Assembly (NCBI GenBank): GCA_026397045.1
Contig: JAPLVO010000006.1
Span: 1,706 to 65,705, forward strand
Direction: 5' to 3'
DNA length: 64,000 bases
Source of the DNA: Patescibacteria group bacterium
GTDB taxonomy: Bacteria; Patescibacteriota; Saccharimonadia; CAILAD01; BJGX01
A model generated the notes under the pieces. It worked only from the letters and a program-made list of their open reading frames with translations. It did no database searches and had not been told where the DNA came from. Shown here piece after piece: positions 58,357 through 64,000 of the stretch (position 1 is the stretch's first letter; each line of letters begins with the position of its first letter). The position numbers were made by a program, and so were the translations under genes.

Positions 58357-58424
58357 TAAAAAAACAGGCTAGCATGGGCCCTGGGCGCTTGCTAACCTGT
58401 TCGGAAGTCTTTGTTTTTGTTTTT
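58357..58424. terminator. bidirectional rho-independent terminator downstream of fba
   Basis: AAAAAAACAGGCTAGC-n17-GCTAACCTGT hairpin followed by TTTGTTTTTGTTTTT. Confidence 0.65.
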
Positions 58425-58525
58425 GAGTAATTTATGTGTGCAGCACTGATACTATAATAACGCTTGCGCTTGGGTGCTGTCAACAGCTTTTTTAGACTTT
58501 TTTTATTTTTATTGTAGAAAAAGTA

Positions 58526-59521
58526 CTACTGCGCGTATTCGCCATTACGAGCTGCACTATTTTGCGCTAGCAATTGAGAGAATTTAGCCTGAGCCTTTTT
58601 AGTATTTTCAGACTTGCCTCTCCAGATCCTGATGACTGGGTCTTGGACCGCCCTAGAGTAGCTATAGGAGATAGGCCAAGGTTGCTCGCCAGAAAGTCCA
58701 ATAGCGTTAAGGTTCTTGGTGGCTTGCTCGGGTTCTTGGCCTCCAGATAAGAATACTATCCCAGCAACGGCTTGCGGGACCACCGTGTTGAGAACTTTTA
58801 AGGTATAGGCAGCAACTTCTTCTGGACGGCTGACTTTACTTTCACTACCAGCCAGCACCATGCTAGTTTTGAGTATCAAACCAGATAGATCCACCCTAAA
58901 AGACTCTAGTTGCTCAAACAGTATCCTAAGGACTGTCTCGAGAGTTTTGGCAGAATCTGCTATGGAATGCTTACCTGCATACATCACTTCAGGCTCCACG
59001 ATAGGCACCATCCCGGCCGCCTGAACAATTGATGCATATCTAGCCATTATCGTCATATTGGCCCTAATCGCGGGCAGGGTAGGGAGTTTGCTATCAATCG
59101 TAAACGCGCTACGCCACTTAGTGAATCTGGCACCCATGGCGTAATATTCTGCAAGCCGAGCAGCTAACCCATCTAGACCCTCGGTGATAGTTTCGGGTTC
59201 AAAATTATTCATCAAAACGAGTCCCGTGTCCACCTTTATACCTGGAATAACGCCGTTATCAGCAAGTAGCTGGGTTATCTTGACCCCATTATCCGTAGAC
59301 TGCCTTATGGTCTCGTCGTAGAGTATTACACCAGAAATGTAGTGCCCAACATTGGGCGACATGCACAATAATTCGCGCCACTGGCGCCTAGACTCATCTG
59401 TGCAGTCAATCTTAACGCTATCGAAACGCTTACAGCAAGAACTAGTGCTTTCATCGGCTGCCAGAAGGCCCTTAGGGCTGGCCATTAGCTGTGAGGTTAT
59501 AAGTTGTAACGATTGCTTCAT
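58526..59521 (-). CDS. fba: class I (Schiff-base) fructose-1,6-bisphosphate aldolase
   Basis: 331 aa; KGLLAADESTSSCCKRF and class-I aldolase Lys region IVEPEV..GK. Confidence 0.8.
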   Translation of the reverse strand: MKQSLQLITSQLMASPKGLLAADESTSSCCKRFDSVKIDCTDESRRQWRELLCMSPNVGHYISGVILYDETIRQSTDNGVKITQLLADNGVIPGIKVDTGLVLMNNFEPETITEGLDGLAARLAEYYAMGARFTKWRSAFTIDSKLPTLPAIRANMTIMARYASIVQAAGMVPIVEPEVMYAGKHSIADSAKTLETVLRILFEQLESFRVDLSGLILKTSMVLAGSESKVSRPEEVAAYTLKVLNTVVPQAVAGIVFLSGGQEPEQATKNLNAIGLSGEQPWPISYSYSRAVQDPVIRIWRGKSENTKKAQAKFSQLLAQNSAARNGEYAQ

Positions 59522-59660
59522 AGTTAAAGCATAAGACTATTAGCCTTTTCATGCAATAGTAAAAGGCAAAAAACACTACATAAGTTCAATGCTTAAGCAC
59601 CTTTAGTATGTACTATATCATCAGCTCAACAGATCGTAAAAAAATTATTGAACAAATATA

Positions 59661-60107
59661 TTATTGCTTAGGGCCGTCTAGTTTTGCATCTCGGAGCATA
59701 GACTGACGCTTTTTAGTCTCGCGTTTGTCATAGAGCTTTTTGCCTCTAGCCATGGCAATTTCAAGCTTAATTCGGCCCCTAACTATACCAATTGCAGTGG
59801 GAACGACGCTTAGGTGCTGTGAGCGAGCATCTTCAATGATTTTTTCGATTTCCTTCTTATGGAGAAGCAGCTTACGATCAACCAAAGGATTATAGTTCTC
59901 GTCATTGCCAGCCTGCTTGTAAGGGCTTACATGGGCGTTCACCAGGTAAGCTTCACCTGATTTAAAGCTTATATAGCTGCCCTTTAGGTCGATATGGCCA
60001 GCCTTAATGCTTTTTACTTCAGCCCCCGACAACACTAAGCCAGCCTCAAATCTTTCTTTAAGTTCGTAGTCGTGGCGAGCCCGACGATTGGTTGCTAATA
60101 CCTTCAT
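59661..60107 (-). CDS. smpB: SsrA-binding protein
   Basis: MKVLATNRRARHDYELKERFEAGLVLSGAEVKS... canonical SmpB; the ORF track start at 60164 is an upstream extension. Confidence 0.9.
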   Translation of the reverse strand: MKVLATNRRARHDYELKERFEAGLVLSGAEVKSIKAGHIDLKGSYISFKSGEAYLVNAHVSPYKQAGNDENYNPLVDRKLLLHKKEIEKIIEDARSQHLSVVPTAIGIVRGRIKLEIAMARGKKLYDKRETKKRQSMLRDAKLDGPKQ

Positions 60108-60156
60108 AGCTAGATTATAGCTCAAAGAGCGGCCATAGGATATAATAGCTAGCATT

Positions 60157-61770
60157 ATGAACAATCCACAAGATAAGTTTACTGAAGCGCTGATTGTAGC
60201 TATGGGGGCTAGCTATAAGTCCTATGGTAAGTCGGATGTAGAACTCAGCGTTAGCCGTTGTAGTCCAAAGTTTGGCGATTTTAGTACCAATGTAGCCTTC
60301 AGACTGGCAAAAGACGAAGGGATTAGCCCAGAAGTGGCTGCAGCACCTATCGTAGCCGCCCTCTCAAACTGTAAAGATATTGTTAGCGCCGAGTATCTGC
60401 CGCCGGGCTTTATAAATGCCACATTAAAGCAGGAAATATGGGTAGATTACCTTGCAAGTATAGGTAAAGACTTTGGCTTTTCCAAGAAGGGCCATGGTTC
60501 AAAAATTCAGCTGGAATTTATCTCCGCTAACCCTACAGGGCCTCTAGTACTTACAAATGCCTGGCAAGGTTACTACGGCGATATACTTTCTAATATATTC
60601 TCATCTCAGGGCTACTTGGTCTCAAGAGAATATTATCTAAATGACGGTGGTAACCAGATAGTTTCACTAGGCAGAGCAGTGCAACAGTCATTAGGCAAGA
60701 AGTTCTCCGAAGAGATCGCTAGTGAGCTATACCGAGGTGAGTATATCAGTATTATTGCTGATATTATTACAACAGAAATAGGTAGCCCTGATCTAGTAAC
60801 GACTGCGGAGCCCAGCCAAATAGGCCTAAAAGCAGCCAAACTAATCCTAGAACAGTATATTAAGCCTGATTTGGCTCGATTAGGGGTTAAATTCGATTCT
60901 ATCTATTCTGAGGGCAGGCCAGACATACAAAAAACACTTAACCGACTTGAAGACGCAGGCCTAAGCAAACACAAGGATGGAGCATTATGGCTTGATGGCT
61001 CCAAGGTTGGCCTTAAGCAGGATGAAGTACTGGTTAGGTCATACGACGACGGCCATAGCTATTTCCTAAAAGACATCGCCTACCAACTTGAAAGGCTAGA
61101 GGAAAGAGGGTTCAATGAGACCATAACAATAGTCGGCCCCGATCACCACGGCCAATCAATTAGGCTACTTAATACCCTTAAAGCTCTTGGCCATAGCGGT
61201 TTTAGTGAGCTATCGACCCAGACAATCAGACTTATTAGGGCCGGTAAAGAATTTAAGATGAGTAAAAGAAAAGGCAATTATGTTTTATTGGATGACTTTC
61301 TCGATACAGTTCCGACAGAGGCCGCTAGATTCTATTTTGCTATGCGAGACACTAATACTCACATGGATTTTGATATTGATCTCATAAGCCAACATAGCTC
61401 CAAAAACCCTGTGTATTATTCGCTTTACGCATACGCTAGAGCCTGCTCTATTGAAGAAAAAGCCCAAAAAGAGGGTGTTGAGGTTGCTACATCACTAAAA
61501 GGTTACTCGCTAACTGACTGCGAGAAGCATATAGCAGTTGAGCTTTCTAAGTTGCCAGAAATACTACTGGAAATAACTAGCTCCCACAAAGTCCATCAGC
61601 TTCTGCATCACACCGTAGAAATAGCCAAATCATTCCATGAGTACTATGAGCAGGATAGAGTACTGAGCTCTACTAAGGCTGCTCAAAAACTATTCATAAT
61701 AGCTAGATTCAAACGAGCTTATGAATCTATATTCTCTATCCTTGGGGTAGACCTACTGGAAAAGATGTAG
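60157..61770 (+). CDS. argS: arginyl-tRNA synthetase-like protein with degenerate HIGH motif
   Basis: 537 aa; ArgRS catalytic core (SANPTGPL...GD.L.NI...GY.VSREYYLNDGGNQI), KMSKRKG (KMSKS-like), C-terminal DALR anticodon-binding domain. The HxGH signature reads VLTN. Confidence 0.8.
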   Translation: MNNPQDKFTEALIVAMGASYKSYGKSDVELSVSRCSPKFGDFSTNVAFRLAKDEGISPEVAAAPIVAALSNCKDIVSAEYLPPGFINATLKQEIWVDYLASIGKDFGFSKKGHGSKIQLEFISANPTGPLVLTNAWQGYYGDILSNIFSSQGYLVSREYYLNDGGNQIVSLGRAVQQSLGKKFSEEIASELYRGEYISIIADIITTEIGSPDLVTTAEPSQIGLKAAKLILEQYIKPDLARLGVKFDSIYSEGRPDIQKTLNRLEDAGLSKHKDGALWLDGSKVGLKQDEVLVRSYDDGHSYFLKDIAYQLERLEERGFNETITIVGPDHHGQSIRLLNTLKALGHSGFSELSTQTIRLIRAGKEFKMSKRKGNYVLLDDFLDTVPTEAARFYFAMRDTNTHMDFDIDLISQHSSKNPVYYSLYAYARACSIEEKAQKEGVEVATSLKGYSLTDCEKHIAVELSKLPEILLEITSSHKVHQLLHHTVEIAKSFHEYYEQDRVLSSTKAAQKLFIIARFKRAYESIFSILGVDLLEKM

Positions 61771-61782
61771 TAAAAAAAACTA

Positions 61783-63783
61783 CTATTTTTCTATCTTATA
61801 AGTCAATATTTTGTTATCAGTATTTATAAATAATTGGGAGCTATTGGGGCCCATAGTAAACGAATTGATTGGTAGATTACCTGAAAGTGCGTAGGATCTG
61901 ACAAAACTTGCCGAATCTGAGTCGGCTGATAGCAGTGCTATCTTGTCTCTTGATGAACCTAGTACTAAGAAATAGCCGGCCTCTTGATTGTAATAGATAC
62001 TGTTAAGTTCCCCGAAGCCTTCCGGTAGATTGTTAATCTTAAAATCACGCTCCGAGCCTTGTTCAAAGAGCCTTATGCGGTCTCCTTGCGTGATAAAAAT
62101 GTTGCCATTAACGATAAAAGAGCTGGCATTATTCAGGCTGCCAGATGGTAGATTCTTTAGCAAGCTTGTTTTGGCGGCCAGCTTAGTCCCAGATTTGGTG
62201 TATCTGATAACTTGGTTCTCTTCGGGGCTAAGTAGGTATAAGTTGCCAAGGTAGCTGGCGACATCAACTGAATTTGGCAGAGAGTCAGACTTAAGCTGCT
62301 GCAGGCCGTCAGCAAAAGCGTATTGCCATAGGCTAGATTTACCGAGCATTATAATGCCGACTCCACCCATGCTGTCCGCGGCAGAAGACCCAATAAGATC
62401 CCGTTCGCTGGCCCGTACAGCAGGGTCGCCTAAAAGCGGGTTTATTTCTACCACAGAGCCCACTGATGGGTCTATCCCAGTTAGAGCCGATGAAGCCCAA
62501 GTTATGGAGGATAGCTGCCGCTGGGGGATTGGGAAGCCGTTATCTGTGGGAATCCTGGTAATGCTATCTATTTTGTCGATCAAACTCTCTAACCTTAGAG
62601 CTACCAAGCTAAAGCTCGGCTGGTTTTTATCGACCGAGGCTCGAGAATCTATTTTCGACCTGTCGGTGTCGCTAATGGAATCAAGCAACTCCTTAGCCTT
62701 ATTGGAAGTACTTTTTGCAGAACCTCGATTGTTCTTAGCTAATTCAGCCTCAGCTGACGAGATAACTACTATAGCGTCCTCAAGTACCTTGCCAGATGAG
62801 TCGGCTGTTTTGAGCATGGACGAAGCCCCCAGACCAAGAAGGCAGAGAGTTATTATAGTAATAGATACAACGATAAATGCTTGTTTCGGGTTTGGATTTA
62901 TGTATTTAGTCCATATAGCTGTCCAGCCTTTTTTGACCTTACCCGAAATAGCAGGTACTACTTGATGTCTTGTCGAAGCTGCCGTTTTATTGATAGACTT
63001 CTTGGCATAGTTTCTGCCAGACTTGAGGCCATTAGCTAATCCAAAAAAGGCCGAACTAAGCTTGTCTTTTGAGATCGTTGCTACATTTGGCGGCGTAAGC
63101 TCTTCTTTTGGGTCTGTTCCGTTAACCCTGATTAGTATGAAGCTGTAGCAAATATCTTCAGCTAAATCTAACGCCTGCAGGATCGATTCCTTAGAGTTGT
63201 TGATTTTTTGCTGCGACGAAAAAGAAGCAAGCTGTTTTTTATCCAGGCTTTTAGATATTGCACTACTGGCCATCAGCAGGGTGTCGCCAGACCTTATTGA
63301 GCCCTCTCCAACCTGGCCGAACAGCCTCTCTGGTATTTTAAGCCCTAAGCTGGTCGCAACTGACTTTCTAAAGAGTAGCATGAGCATTTTACCGGCATTA
63401 GCGAATAGCACGCGGCCGTTATGAGTAGCGATAATGCCAATATTGTATTCCCCCTTAGACTCGGTAATTAGCTCGTTAAGAGCTCGTAGGCACATTCTAA
63501 AGCGCCTTTCGAAGCTGGTTTGAATACCGCTCTCGTAAAATGCCTTACCTAATCCCTGAACGATGCTTTCGAGGTTAACTCGCTTGTCATTGGGGTTGTA
63601 TTCGAATGAAAGATAAAGACTCCCAAAGCTAGATGCCATTTCCTCGCTTGGCTCAAATCCAATCACAAAAGACTCTCCAATAGATCTGTTCATCTTCTTT
63701 GGTAGGTAATTGTACTGTATGTGCTGACTGGAGATTTCGGTGGGCTTAATGATGGCTCTCTTTTTATGATAATATTGTACCAT
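61783..63783 (-). CDS. hypothetical membrane protein (N-terminal cytoplasmic domain, central TM, large C-terminal extracytoplasmic domain)
   Basis: About 667-683 aa; no confident family; start at 63783 (MVQYY...) or 63834. Confidence 0.45.
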   Translation of the reverse strand: MVQYYHKKRAIIKPTEISSQHIQYNYLPKKMNRSIGESFVIGFEPSEEMASSFGSLYLSFEYNPNDKRVNLESIVQGLGKAFYESGIQTSFERRFRMCLRALNELITESKGEYNIGIIATHNGRVLFANAGKMLMLLFRKSVATSLGLKIPERLFGQVGEGSIRSGDTLLMASSAISKSLDKKQLASFSSQQKINNSKESILQALDLAEDICYSFILIRVNGTDPKEELTPPNVATISKDKLSSAFFGLANGLKSGRNYAKKSINKTAASTRHQVVPAISGKVKKGWTAIWTKYINPNPKQAFIVVSITIITLCLLGLGASSMLKTADSSGKVLEDAIVVISSAEAELAKNNRGSAKSTSNKAKELLDSISDTDRSKIDSRASVDKNQPSFSLVALRLESLIDKIDSITRIPTDNGFPIPQRQLSSITWASSALTGIDPSVGSVVEINPLLGDPAVRASERDLIGSSAADSMGGVGIIMLGKSSLWQYAFADGLQQLKSDSLPNSVDVASYLGNLYLLSPEENQVIRYTKSGTKLAAKTSLLKNLPSGSLNNASSFIVNGNIFITQGDRIRLFEQGSERDFKINNLPEGFGELNSIYYNQEAGYFLVLGSSRDKIALLSADSDSASFVRSYALSGNLPINSFTMGPNSSQLFINTDNKILTYKIEK

Positions 63784-63816
63784 TTTGCAGGGCTTAAGGT
63801 ATGATAAAGGCACATA

Positions 63817-64000
63817 ATGAAAAGCAACGAGCAACTACCAATTAAATTTACGCCCGAACAGCTTCAGGCAATTAACCATGAAAAGGGGCCAATACTTGTT
63901 GTGGCAGGTGCAGGGACAGGCAAGACGGCCGTCATCACGCAAAGGATTGCCAGGCTAATATTGTCAGGAAATGCCAAAGCGGAGGAGGTGCTGGCACTGA
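63817..64000 (+). CDS. UvrD/PcrA/Rep-family DNA helicase, N-terminal fragment (continues beyond the window)
   Basis: FTPEQLQAINHEKGPILVVAGAGTGKTAVITQRIARLI - UvrD Q-motif and Walker A. Confidence 0.85.
   Translation, partial: MKSNEQLPIKFTPEQLQAINHEKGPILVVAGAGTGKTAVITQRIARLILSGNAKAEEVLAL

Overview
This 64-kb window is a gene-dense chromosomal segment (about 45% GC, many overlapping or coupled genes, few strong Shine-Dalgarno sites). Its gene content suggests a reduced Gram-positive-type or CPR/Patescibacteria (Saccharibacteria-like) genome, based on MurT/GatD, VKOR, DUF4446 with bactofilin, a class I aldolase and DUF285 surface repeats; this assignment is an inference. Most of the window is housekeeping: mnmG, ndk, rplY, nrdR, dinB, galU, thrS, miaA, murT/gatD, rpmB, uppP, rnhA, rplT-rpmI-infC, smpB, argS and fba. 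I can support six tRNAs (Arg-CCT, Asp-GTC, Gly-CCC, Thr-CGT, Val-GAC, Pro-GGG), a tmRNA (ssrA), an RNase P RNA and several rho-independent terminators. Two cell-envelope glycan loci are present: a processive GT2 with a WecA-like transferase, and a polyprenyl sugar-phosphate transferase with GT4 genes followed by four tandem GT4 genes, a GalT-like gene, a hydrolase and an MFS transporter. The most unusual element is a 1982-aa secreted/membrane protein that combines BspA-like DUF285 repeats, three NHL-repeat beta-propellers and a (Pro-Gly)n linker with a C-terminal membrane-embedded histidine-kinase core and no adjacent response regulator. Other points worth a second look are a T-box-like UGGAACC-bulged helix in the thrS leader that matches the UCCA end of the tRNA-Thr encoded in this window, an AUA-initiated infC, an argS-like gene that has lost the HIGH motif, a membrane-anchored ClpC-like ATPase, a 19-bp duplicated tRNA-Arg 3' end (att-like scar), a perfect 11-bp inverted repeat in front of a wHTH regulator, and three apparently disrupted reading frames (mnmG, thrS and a possible LCP-like gene) that are either pseudogenes or assembly errors. 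No CRISPR array and no intact mobile element are evident.
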